Shown in pieces: positions 9,518 through 17,777 of a stretch of DNA of 64,000 nucleotides (position 1 is its first letter; each line of letters begins with the position of its first letter). Position numbers and translations under genes: made by a program. Where the stretch lies: contig CAIZMI010000021.1 of the NCBI GenBank assembly GCA_903934015.1, positions 10,868 to 74,867 of the forward strand, in the 5' to 3' direction. Under the pieces are notes generated by a model. The model worked only from the letters and a program-made list of their open reading frames with translations. It was not told where the DNA came from and did not search any database. The stretch comes from an uncultured bacterium. Lineage in GTDB: Bacteria > Patescibacteriota > Andersenbacteria > UBA10190 > CAIZMI01.

Positions 9518-9892
9518 GTGAAATCTCTCATAAAATATAGATCAGATCTAAAACAAAAAGCACGAAAACTGCGTCACGATTCCACTCCTGCGGAAAAATT
9601 CATTTGGATAAAAATCCTAAGAAACCGACAACTACTCGGTTATAAGTTTATCCGCCAGAAACCAATAGGGAATTTCGTCGTAGATTTTTTCTGCTCAAAA
9701 CTTAAATTGGCTATTGAAATAGACGGGCATACGCATGATATTGACAGTGAATACGACAAACAAAGAACAATACAACTAAACAGTTTAGGTATAGAGGTTG
9801 TCAGATATTCTAATTCTGATGTTCTGAAAAACATCGAAGGAGTTTATTGCGATTTAATGGAAAGAGTTAAGAATAATGAAAAATATTTCTAA
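9518..9892 (+). CDS. DUF559 / Vsr-like endonuclease domain protein
   Basis: ARKLR..STPAE..W..LRNRQL.GYKF.RQ.PIG.FVVDF.C..KLAIEIDG..H..YD..RT..L...G..V.RY.N pattern. Confidence 0.9.
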   Translation: MKSLIKYRSDLKQKARKLRHDSTPAEKFIWIKILRNRQLLGYKFIRQKPIGNFVVDFFCSKLKLAIEIDGHTHDIDSEYDKQRTIQLNSLGIEVVRYSNSDVLKNIEGVYCDLMERVKNNEKYF

Positions 9893-10008
9893 ACCCACCC
9901 TAACCCTCTCCCCAGTCAAGCTGAGGACAGGCTCTTACAAAGGGAGGGAACTTTTCTAGAACCGTCTCCTCCCCTTTGTAAGGGGAGGAACAAGGTGGGG
10001 TTTAGATA
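9891..10008. repeat. REP-like doublet, right flank of the DUF559 gene
   Basis: Direct-orientation copy of 9391-9502 that begins inside the stop codon; first hairpin interrupted by an insert. Confidence 0.85.
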
Positions 10009-10037
10009 TTAATGGTGTTATACTATCAACAACCAAT

Positions 10038-10400
10038 ATGAAAAAAATAATAGCCTTCATCATTTATCTTTCGATATCCATTCCCTCGTTCGTTTCCGCT
10101 CAAGGTTTCGGTCAAGTGCCCGCGCCGATTAACATCGCCCCGCCGGCCGATTTTGGTACGTCAATATTAAATGTGATTAATTTCATTTTAGGTTTAATCG
10201 GAATAATTGCCTTCGCTTTTTTTATTTTCGGGGTTTTTCGTTATATCACGGCGGGAGGCAATGAAGATCAATTAGCCGAATCAAAGGGGACAATGACAAG
10301 TGCTTTATTTGGGGTATTGATAATGGGTGTGTCGGCTACGCTGATTAACTTTGTGGTCGGTCTTGTTACCGGCACTATTGGCGGAGGAAGCAGGTTTTAG
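10038..10400 (+). CDS. TrbC/VirB2-like pilin
   Basis: Signal peptide ending VSAQ; GVFRYITAGGNEDQLAESKGTMTSALFG core. Confidence 0.82.
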   Translation: MKKIIAFIIYLSISIPSFVSAQGFGQVPAPINIAPPADFGTSILNVINFILGLIGIIAFAFFIFGVFRYITAGGNEDQLAESKGTMTSALFGVLIMGVSATLINFVVGLVTGTIGGGSRF

Positions 10401-10423
10401 TGAGGTGATGGTGTATAGGTTCT

Positions 10424-10499
10424 GTCGTTCCTGCCCGTGAGCAGGAATCCGATTTTTTATTAAAACGCTTGCGGATCCCTGATCACGGCCAGGGATGAT
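10424..10499 (-). repeat. GTC-tagged palindrome doublet (reverse-orientation copy)
   Basis: gtcgttcctgcccgtgagcaggaatcc ... ggatccctgatcacggccagggatgat; matches the family at 14131, 41548 and 43094. Confidence 0.7.
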
Positions 10500-10562
10500 A
10501 TGGGTGAGTTTTGTCATTCTTGCCGAAAGCAGAAATCCGTCGTGTTGCTGTGTGCATTAAAC

Positions 10563-10610
10563 AAAAAAAAGAAGCAGTCGACGGTTGCATGCGATGCAAA
10601 CGTCAACTGC
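10563..10610 (-). terminator. Intrinsic terminator for the minus-strand gene
   Basis: gcagtcgacg...cgtcaactgc stem preceded on the + strand by an A tract. Confidence 0.55.
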
Positions 10611-10631
10611 CTGAATTGACCAAAGAACCAA

Positions 10632-11522
10632 CTACTGCGCCTCGTAGAAGCGCTTGGAGTGCACGCCGGGTGCTTGTTCTCTCGGACCCAAGGCCAGCGC
10701 GCTTTCGACTACGATGATCTCGTATTCACCTGGAGGAACAGTCTCCGTCAGGAAGACGACCCGGGCATTTAGCGCTGTCTCGGTTCCCATCCAATAGCGG
10801 AGGGGGTTTCGAGGCGAGAACTCTGACGTTGGCGGCGTGGCAAACTTGCCGTCGTTTCGATCGTCGATCCATCCAACCTGGAGGTTGGGGATCGGACCCA
10901 TCGTCGATAGGTAGTAGGTCTTCCCGAGCGGGAAGTCCAACTGTGACCCAAAGTCGATTCGGCTGATTCCGGGCATCCGGAATGGAATCGACCATTGCCC
11001 GGGGCCGATCGGATTGAGCTGTAGCTCACTCTCGGTTCGAGCAATCGGTCGCGGACGCTTGGAAATCGCCTCCCGCTCTCTTTCGATGCCACGTTTCACG
11101 CCGATTTTGACGCCTTCTCCTTTGCTTTCTTCTGCAATGTCCTGGTAGGACTTTGCAAGGTCGGGCTTCTTCGTGGCGACGATGTCGCTAGTCGGAGCAG
11201 GCTCGCCTGCGGGCTGATCTGCGAATCGTACGTCGGGGGCCGTCGCCGAAGAGTCTCTTCTTCCTGTTTCTCCGCGACCTGCGAAGAGAAAAGAAACTGT
11301 GGTCGCGAGAAGCATCGCTACGACCCCAACCGTCCTCCATTTCGGCGTGATACGTCGACTGAGGCCGTGCGGTAGATCGTAGTAACCAAGGGCGACACCT
11401 GTTGCGACTGCGAACGCCAGGATGGCGTATTGATCGCTCCCTCGGATACCGTATATGTCCGTGAGATAGAACCAAAAAACGACCGGGGCGACAAAAGCTA
11501 CGAGTTTCAAAATCTGCAACAT
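10632..11522 (-). CDS. Hypothetical membrane protein (three N-terminal TM segments, soluble C-domain)
   Basis: 296-aa ORF with GC3-rich codons, SD (gggaga) upstream, co-oriented with the SPFH-like gene. Confidence 0.65.
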   Translation of the reverse strand: MLQILKLVAFVAPVVFWFYLTDIYGIRGSDQYAILAFAVATGVALGYYDLPHGLSRRITPKWRTVGVVAMLLATTVSFLFAGRGETGRRDSSATAPDVRFADQPAGEPAPTSDIVATKKPDLAKSYQDIAEESKGEGVKIGVKRGIEREREAISKRPRPIARTESELQLNPIGPGQWSIPFRMPGISRIDFGSQLDFPLGKTYYLSTMGPIPNLQVGWIDDRNDGKFATPPTSEFSPRNPLRYWMGTETALNARVVFLTETVPPGEYEIIVVESALALGPREQAPGVHSKRFYEAQ

Positions 11523-11542
11523 CTGAGTCTCCCATTTTCTTG

Positions 11543-12526
11543 TTATTTTGCAACGAGTTTGTTCAGTGCTGCCAACATGGCTGCACCTGCGGAAATTCCG
11601 CCTTTTGCTAACAATTTTGCTGCCTCCTTGTTTAGTTGGGCAACAGCCACATCGGCGTAGGTGGGATCGCCAAGGAGGATCGCCTCTCTTAACGAGATCT
11701 TTCCATCCTTGGGCAGTGCTTCCAGCACCTTCTCCATGTTTCTGGCGATCATGAGCTTTTCTTGCCCGGATTCCGCCGCCGCCTGTAACTTGGCGCTGAA
11801 ATAACGGAGATTGGTGATCCTGATGTCAATAACCGCCAATCCGTATTTCCAGAGTTGTTGATTGGCGATGTTTTTGACCATGATCGCCAAACGTCGATGC
11901 AGTTCATCAGTATCGCCGATTTGTTCCCGTTTCGGAAGTTCCGGCATGGGAATGTGCGGTACCCAAGGGAGATCGGCTGGTTTGAGATGTTTAGTGTTGA
12001 GGATTTGGTCTGGCGTGTACATGCGAAAGACCTCCTCAAACGCCGCATCGACAATCTTACCGACCATCTCTCGAATGCTGGATAATTCCGTTATCTTGCC
12101 CGAATCGATTTTGATCGACGCCAAAATAACGGTCTTCTTGTCCGGCTTTTCCAAATCAACGAATTCGTACCAGTCATCTTTTTCGCGTTTGCGAAGCTGG
12201 TGACCCGCGCAGAAGGTGACGAATTCGTCCAACGCAATCGAGACGTTGTCTTGACTTGTTCCCACCTCTTCGCCCTTTTCTACCATTTCTTGGACGTTGG
12301 TGGGGATGCGATCCACTTCTTTCCAGCCCGGCGGAATAGAGTGGGTGCCGTAACCCAGGGCGTCCAAATTGCCATTGATGTCGGCGATGACTGCCCATTC
12401 CACGCCAGCCTTCACGTCCACGCTGTTTTGTAGCGAGTGCGCGATTGCCATTGCGATGAGAATTCCAAAAACAACAATTGCCATGGCGGTATTTACGCCC
12501 GAAAGGCCCAAAAAAGCGAAAATCAT
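11543..12526 (-). CDS. SPFH/band 7 (prohibitin-like) membrane protein, divergent
   Basis: N-terminal TM; TSQDNVSIALD and KYGLAVIDIRITNL resemble the SPFH T.D.V...D and YG..V..V.I..I motifs. Confidence 0.6.
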   Translation of the reverse strand: MIFAFLGLSGVNTAMAIVVFGILIAMAIAHSLQNSVDVKAGVEWAVIADINGNLDALGYGTHSIPPGWKEVDRIPTNVQEMVEKGEEVGTSQDNVSIALDEFVTFCAGHQLRKREKDDWYEFVDLEKPDKKTVILASIKIDSGKITELSSIREMVGKIVDAAFEEVFRMYTPDQILNTKHLKPADLPWVPHIPMPELPKREQIGDTDELHRRLAIMVKNIANQQLWKYGLAVIDIRITNLRYFSAKLQAAAESGQEKLMIARNMEKVLEALPKDGKISLREAILLGDPTYADVAVAQLNKEAAKLLAKGGISAGAAMLAALNKLVAK

Positions 12527-12980
12527 GATGTTCTCCGATTCTTATGTAGTTGTGGAACGACCAAGGTTCGTAACATACGAACCCCCAGGAGTTGTGCAGC
12601 TTCTCTCAAAGATGCCTAATTCTCGAGGGTTATTTTTCGGGATATTTCGAAGGAGCAGAATTGCTTTATCCCGATTAAGTAAGAGGGAAGTATATACCTT
12701 TTTTCAGATTTTGTCAATAGTGGTGACAAAACGGGGTACGGGTGGTTAAGGGGCGGAGGATAGGGCGCTGTTCGTCTTTGCGGGGGATTGTGGGCCGAAG
12801 CAATCCCCTCAAATTTAGGACGGGGAGATTGTTTCGCCTGATGGCTCGCAAAGTCCACGTAAATTGGGTGCTATTGACAAAAAAAATTAGATATGCAATA
12901 ATGCCCCGTTACGGTTGATTTTTGTGGATTCGTGTTCGAACGTTTTTTTCACGCGCTAAGGCGCAAAGGAGAGTCTGATC

Positions 12981-13409
12981 ATGTGGCCCAAAATCAAAAA
13001 GTTTGGGGAAGGCAACTGGAAGTTTCTGTTGATCACTGTTCTCGTCATCGGCGCCGCGTTCTGGGTCTATCCGGTCGCAAAGAAGTACGTCGACTGCATG
13101 CCAACGGCGGCCGCTCCCGCGCCCGTGGTGGCCTCGACCGCCACATCTACGACGACGGTGGCTCCGGTGTCAGTCCTTACCGCAGCTATTCCTGGCGTCC
13201 CGGACACAAAAAAAGTCGGCGCGACGACTGACGATCTGGCGCGGTCGTACCAGACGGTCGACTTCGAAGGCCAGAAGAAGGGAATGGCCATGCAGGGCGT
13301 CACTTTTTTGGACTACGGGCAGCTGATGGAATTTGCTCACAAGTCCATTGCGGATGGTGCGGCGGCTAAGATTCCGCTGAAGAAGCCAGCGCCCCCCGCA
13401 AGGAGGTGA
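12981..13409 (+). CDS. Hypothetical membrane-anchored protein
   Basis: SD aaggag, TM FLLITVLVIGAAFWVY, Ala/Thr-rich linker; upstream TTGACA at 12874 and a downstream hairpin with T tract. Confidence 0.65.
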   Translation: MWPKIKKFGEGNWKFLLITVLVIGAAFWVYPVAKKYVDCMPTAAAPAPVVASTATSTTTVAPVSVLTAAIPGVPDTKKVGATTDDLARSYQTVDFEGQKKGMAMQGVTFLDYGQLMEFAHKSIADGAAAKIPLKKPAPPARR

Positions 13410-13556
13410 ATCACCAACGCCGTGACGGGGCAAGTGTGCCTTCGGGTGCGAATCATACATCGAGTATGAGACGCACCCGTATTTTTTTGTAAAAAAATCC
13501 GACACTTGCCCTTGGGCTGTGTCGGTTGTTGCGGTTTTCGTGAGTATTGTTGTCAT

Positions 13557-13958
13557 TCACCATTTAATGTCCAAGTCGAGGAAACCGATTGTCACTCTTC
13601 CATGTCTACCGGGGTAGACGTTGATGTTCGGGCGATCGTAGAACGGTGGGACGTAATGGTTGTGGGGTTGGTAATTCCAGTTTGGTTGCTGGGGAATGTA
13701 GGGGAAGCGTGGCGGCGTGACGTAGTTGTACCGTGGTGGCGCGACGTGCGGGCGTTGGTAGCGGGGCTGTGGCGCGCGTCGTACTTCATTGTGCCGGTTT
13801 CCGTAGTCGCCGGTGTAATAGGAATACATCGGATCGCCGGGTCGGGTGGGGATGTAGACCCCGTTCCGTCGTTCGGCTCCGTCGGCCTTTTGGTCGCACA
13901 ATTCCGATATCATCCAGCCAGCGATCATGCAAAATACAAACAAACATACTCTTTTCAT
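13557..13958 (-). CDS. Hypothetical exported protein with one PGDPMYSYY motif and a Pro/Tyr-rich region
   Basis: SD aaggag, signal-like N-terminus; motif shared with the neighbouring repeat protein. Confidence 0.6.
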   Translation of the reverse strand: MKRVCLFVFCMIAGWMISELCDQKADGAERRNGVYIPTRPGDPMYSYYTGDYGNRHNEVRRAPQPRYQRPHVAPPRYNYVTPPRFPYIPQQPNWNYQPHNHYVPPFYDRPNINVYPGRHGRVTIGFLDLDIKW

Positions 13959-14056
13959 GTCTCTTCTCCTTGTGAGAGTGGAAAACGAACAATCTAGACT
14001 AAAACGAACGCTTTCAACCTACTCTTGAATCAAAAAATTGGGAATAGTCAACGTAT

Positions 14057-14096
14057 CACTTCGCAGGTGGAGCAAGGTTGCTCCTCCTGCGAAGTG
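14057..14096. repeat. Long intergenic palindrome
   Basis: cacttcgcagg-t-ggagcaa-gg-ttgctcc-t-cctgcgaagtg. Confidence 0.6.
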
Positions 14097-14130
14097 TACG
14101 CAGGCAACGAAGGGTTATTGGTGGCGATTT

Positions 14131-14216
14131 GTCATTCCTGGTCGTGACCAGGAATCAACGACAACCAGATTATGACCGTAAAACGACGCGGGCTCCTGCT
14201 CACGGGCAGGAGCGAC
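14131..14216 (+). repeat. GTC-tagged palindrome doublet
   Basis: gtcattcctggtcgtgaccaggaatc ... ggctcctgctcacgggcaggagcgac. Confidence 0.8.
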
Positions 14217-14241
14217 ACGGATCATCTGCGAGGCGATTTTT

Positions 14242-15039
14242 CTACCAAAATCGCAAGTACGACAGGCCGTAATTTACCCAGCCTAAAACATTGCTCGCGG
14301 TGTTGCGATAATATCTATAATAAGTCGGTCGGTAATAGGTGGAATAACTTCGGTATGTATACGGACTTTTATAGGCCACCGCTTTGGGTGTGCCATTGTA
14401 AAAACTGTAGAAATTATCTCCTGGTTTACGGGGAACATATGACACGGGCAGTTGATTATTGATATTCAAGACAGGCGCTTTGTATGTTTTGGGATCGTAG
14501 TATTCGCCATAATTATTGTTTGTAACGGAATATAATGGATCACCGGGTTTTTTTGGTTTGTATTCTGCCGGCGTGTCGCCATTGATGCTTTTTAGTAACG
14601 GTGATTGATATGTGTTTGCGTCATAGTATTCACCGTACTGATTATTGTTATAGGAATATAAAACATTGCCAGGATCTTCCGGCTTGTAAACAGTTTGAGG
14701 TTTATCGTTATTGACGTCTTTTACCGTTAATTTAAATGTCTCGGCATTATAGTATTCGCCATAGTTGTCATTGTTGTAGGAATAAAGCGGATCGCCGGGT
14801 TTTTCGGGAGTGTAAGCTGGAGCAGTTTCTTGGTTAATGTTTTTTTGAGTATTTACTTCGGCGTATTTTTGTGGGTCGTAATAGCTTCCATAATCATTTT
14901 TGTAATATGAATACATCGGATCTCCCGGCTTTACGGGCACATAGTCGTTTGATATGGCATTTGTTTTGTTAGGAAAAAGGCTGAACGCAAGAAGTGCGGA
15001 AACAATAAAATATGTCTTTGAGTAATTACAGTTTTTCAT
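14242..15039 (-). CDS. Exported tandem-repeat protein (about five YxPxKPGDPLYSYxNxxYGEYY repeats)
   Basis: Signal peptide ending TNA; repeats visible in the translation; TTGACA/TATGAT promoter at 15076-15049. Confidence 0.75.
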   Translation of the reverse strand: MKNCNYSKTYFIVSALLAFSLFPNKTNAISNDYVPVKPGDPMYSYYKNDYGSYYDPQKYAEVNTQKNINQETAPAYTPEKPGDPLYSYNNDNYGEYYNAETFKLTVKDVNNDKPQTVYKPEDPGNVLYSYNNNQYGEYYDANTYQSPLLKSINGDTPAEYKPKKPGDPLYSVTNNNYGEYYDPKTYKAPVLNINNQLPVSYVPRKPGDNFYSFYNGTPKAVAYKSPYTYRSYSTYYRPTYYRYYRNTASNVLGWVNYGLSYLRFW

Positions 15040-15129
15040 GAACCGATTATCATAGCGGAATGAGAGATTTTGTCAAAAAAAACCTCGCTTACTGCGAGGT
15101 GGGGGGGGCGTCGTCGGGGACGTCCGCGA

Positions 15130-15357
15130 CTACTGGCGCGGGCACGACGAGGACGTGCAGGTCGCCGGCTTTTGCCGAAGAGTGACTGGTCGTTGTACCG
15201 CGTTTGTCCGTGGTGACATGCTGGCCGAGACCTGCTTCCAGTGATCGGCATTGCGTTTCCGTTGCAGTTTCATTGCCTGTCCACCTCGTCCGAAGGCGTC
15301 GGGGGACAGGCAACTGACGCTGATGATCAAAAGAACGATTGTCATGACCTTCTTCAC
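15130..15357 (-). CDS. Small hypothetical exported protein
   Basis: GTG start after SD ggagga; MKKVMTIVLLIISVSC signal-like start. Confidence 0.45.
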   Translation of the reverse strand: MKKVMTIVLLIISVSCLSPDAFGRGGQAMKLQRKRNADHWKQVSASMSPRTNAVQRPVTLRQKPATCTSSSCPRQ

Positions 15358-15511
15358 GGATATTCCTCCGTAACTAGTAATTTGAAACTAAAACCAAAAC
15401 TATAGTGGGTGCATGATATATTCTGATTTGAGTTGCGTCAAGAAAAAGATGGTGATTAATTTCTTATCCACCTGAATGTTTGTTTGTGTGGTAAATAATA
15501 TCTGAAAAAAT

Positions 15512-15579
15512 CCACCACCCCCGATTCTTCGGGGGTCCACGTGTTTTGTTGTAACGTGGATTCCCGTTGTTACGGGAAT
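15512..15579. repeat. ccaccacccccga..tcgggggt hairpin plus ATTCCC-N8-GGGAAT palindrome
   Basis: Same two-part module as 4181-4243. Confidence 0.75.
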
Positions 15580-15632
15580 GGACGTTTTAGACGGTTTTTT
15601 GTGTATTGGGTAGTTTCGCAAAGCGAATACTA

Positions 15633-16079
15633 AAAGGTAGCTCCGAAAAATTAGCCTGTTGCAAATTTTTTGGAGTTCATTGATTCTTGCGTAAAACATC
15701 TCCACGGGGTGTGGAGATGTTTTATGTACGTTTGATTGTTTTGCTTCGCAAAACTAATCCATGAGAGACTCGCCCTCGAAATATGCAATATCAATTGCAT
15801 ATTTCGAGGGCACCGGAAATCGGTTTTGCTACTAGCAAAACATCGATTTCCGTTCAAGTCTCTCGCGCGAATCACGAAGGTGATTCGCGCGCGCCAGATA
15901 CGGAGACTCGGCTTCGACTCGCTTTTTCTTCCGAAAAAGCGGTCTAGCCACCGCCTCGCCGTTTTGCTCGCCAGAATGCGAGCAAAACAAGGCTCCGGCG
16001 TTCGAGTCTCTCACGCAACACAAGCAGTTGTGTTGCGCGTGCCCACACTTAAAAAAGAGCCGAGGCTCTTTTTTAAGTG
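15633..16079 (-). repeat. tRNA-Leu-associated multi-hairpin element carrying copies of the tRNA T-arm/acceptor sequence
   Basis: Units 15763-15864 and 15903-16012 are bracketed by gagactcg/gttc(g/a)agtctctc; 15633-15678 matches 52811-52857 except for a 1-nt indel. Confidence 0.8.
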
Positions 16080-16160
16080 TGGGCACGGAGAGACTCGAAC
16101 TCTCACGACTTGCGTCACATGGTCCTAAGCCATGCGCGTATACCATTCCGCCACGTGCCC
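16080..16160 (-). tRNA. tRNA-Leu(TAG)
   Basis: Reverse complement gggcacgtggcggaatggtatacgcgcatggc-ttagga-ccatgtgacgcaagtcgtgagagttcgagtctctccgtgccca; long variable arm; CCA not encoded. Confidence 0.95.
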
Positions 16161-16297
16161 TTGAAAAACTATTTAACTTCAACCCAATTGTGCTTATTTA
16201 TCGGGAACTTAGCAAGATTATTGACAAATGATGTTGCCGTAGTAATACTTCAAGGTTCCCGGTGTGACTCAATTGTCTAGTATAGGAGTTCCTTCAC

Positions 16298-16684
16298 ATG
16301 ATTCATCGTGAAACGACGCCATTAACTTCAGAATGTGCCACAACGACTGTCCGCGAGATCAGCGAGCGGTTGCATTATCAAGGAGAATTGTTAATTTGGC
16401 CGCCGACCGAGTGTGGTAATAAGTCGGGAGCGTGGGTGGTGGTCGCCAGTTGGGAGCGTCATGATCGGCGCGGTAACGTGTTCAGTCACGTCGACGTCTA
16501 CTTGGTTTGGGGTGACGCTGATGGTCGACCGAGAGCACGTCCATACTTCCAACAAGGCCCGTGTGTCTCAGTGAATGTGGGGAATTGCATCTACTTCGCG
16601 GACCACGACGGAAAGATCCATCTGCAGCTGGCGGTGAGTAGAATTCAGTACAGCGAGTTCGAGCCTCCTTGGATGGAAGATTAA
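16298..16684 (+). CDS. Hypothetical protein
   Basis: SD aggag, TTGACA at 16221, and terminator actgcctgaatgcgggcagtttttt immediately after the stop. Confidence 0.6.
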   Translation: MIHRETTPLTSECATTTVREISERLHYQGELLIWPPTECGNKSGAWVVVASWERHDRRGNVFSHVDVYLVWGDADGRPRARPYFQQGPCVSVNVGNCIYFADHDGKIHLQLAVSRIQYSEFEPPWMED

Positions 16685-16710
16685 CCACTGCCTGAATGCG
16701 GGCAGTTTTT

Positions 16711-17625
16711 TTATTGCGCTACTTGTGTTTTTGATAATGAATCAATAGAGACTGATTTCAGATTTGATTTCTGATAGACACCCAAATACTCTCCAGATAC
16801 TGTTTCCCAGCTAAATAGATTGGTTGTGAATTTTTGGAGAGATTTTGCTTTTGCGCGGTATTTCGAATATTTATTTTTCAGTTCTTTTGTGGCATTATCG
16901 ATCGCGAGTGGGGAAGCGTAGGGAATATATAAAGCATTGTTCCGGAAAATATCGCGGTAGGTTTCCGTATTGAACGTAACGATTGGTAAACCCAAGAGTG
17001 CAAATTTTCGAAGTATGTTCGTATCCAAGTCGGTTTTAAGGAGAAAGAAAGCCGCCACGCTTTGAATGGTTGTGAAAGAATCAGCTGATTCAATTTCTTG
17101 TTCGGAGATGGTGCAGAATTTTACGCGTTTCGATTTGAAGCGACGCGTAATGTTGTTGGTTCGTTTTTGATCGGCGATCAAACCGAGACGGGACAAATCC
17201 TTTTTTCCTTGCTTGAAAAATTTCTTGGAAAGTGTTGCACCAAGCGGAACGTATGCGGGAAGGCGTCCGTATTTTTGATAGATTTCATATTGTAAAGTTT
17301 TTTCTGAAGTAACGATTTGGTCGGCAAATTTGATGCCGATGTAGAAACTAAGGCCTCTTGCTTTTTCTAAACCATACAAAGAAAGAATGATTGATGCGTC
17401 GCGGTGAATAAGATGAGATAATGGGATTAGGAAAGAAGAGCGTAGGTCGTGAAAATCATAGACATCGGCCCTCGTTGCAAAAAGAGTCACGAGTGTGGCG
17501 AAAAATCCGCCAGTTTGTAGCGTGGCGTCGTTTCCGCGTTTTCGAAATTGCCACAAAAGTTGTAGCATGGCTTCTTGTTCCTGTGCGGTAGGACGAGGAT
17601 TGTTGATTAAAATGATTTTTGCCAT
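16711..17625 (-). CDS. Degenerate GT-B (GT4-like) glycosyltransferase
   Basis: ADVYDFHD, ADQIVTSEK, YVPLGA, GLPIVT, FSWETVSGEYLGVY; the EX7E nucleotide-sugar motif is not evident. Confidence 0.6.
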   Translation of the reverse strand: MAKIILINNPRPTAQEQEAMLQLLWQFRKRGNDATLQTGGFFATLVTLFATRADVYDFHDLRSSFLIPLSHLIHRDASIILSLYGLEKARGLSFYIGIKFADQIVTSEKTLQYEIYQKYGRLPAYVPLGATLSKKFFKQGKKDLSRLGLIADQKRTNNITRRFKSKRVKFCTISEQEIESADSFTTIQSVAAFFLLKTDLDTNILRKFALLGLPIVTFNTETYRDIFRNNALYIPYASPLAIDNATKELKNKYSKYRAKAKSLQKFTTNLFSWETVSGEYLGVYQKSNLKSVSIDSLSKTQVAQ

Positions 17626-17672
17626 GACAGAGCAAGGTAACAGAAGGTCAAGGTTTTAGTCAATGGATTGGA

Positions 17673-17727
17673 CTTTAAGGGTAACTCCTAAAGTCTCGAC
17701 TTTAGACTTTAGGAGTTACCCTTAAAG
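17673..17727. repeat. Long palindrome between the divergent GT and clp genes
   Basis: ctttaagggtaactcctaaagtct-cgacttt-agactttaggagttacccttaaag. Confidence 0.75.
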
Positions 17728-17777
17728 TAATTAATGCCCTTAACACCCGACAGTGGGGGCGGTAAAATAGAGCACAT

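Noticed and set aside
6301-10400. Diversity-generating retroelement acting on the pilins
   Set aside because: No reverse transcriptase and no template/variable repeat pair differing only at adenines.
15633-16079. CRISPR array in the hairpin-rich region
   Set aside because: No identical direct repeats at regular spacing and no cas genes in the window.
15736-16280. ORFs overlapping tRNA-Leu and its trailer
   Set aside because: They run through the tRNA and palindromes, and the same peptide appears on both strands because of DNA symmetry.
17646-17665. CtsR box upstream of the clp gene
   Set aside because: The half-site spacing does not fit the heptad consensus, and tagtcaa is better read as a minus-strand -35 for the GT gene.
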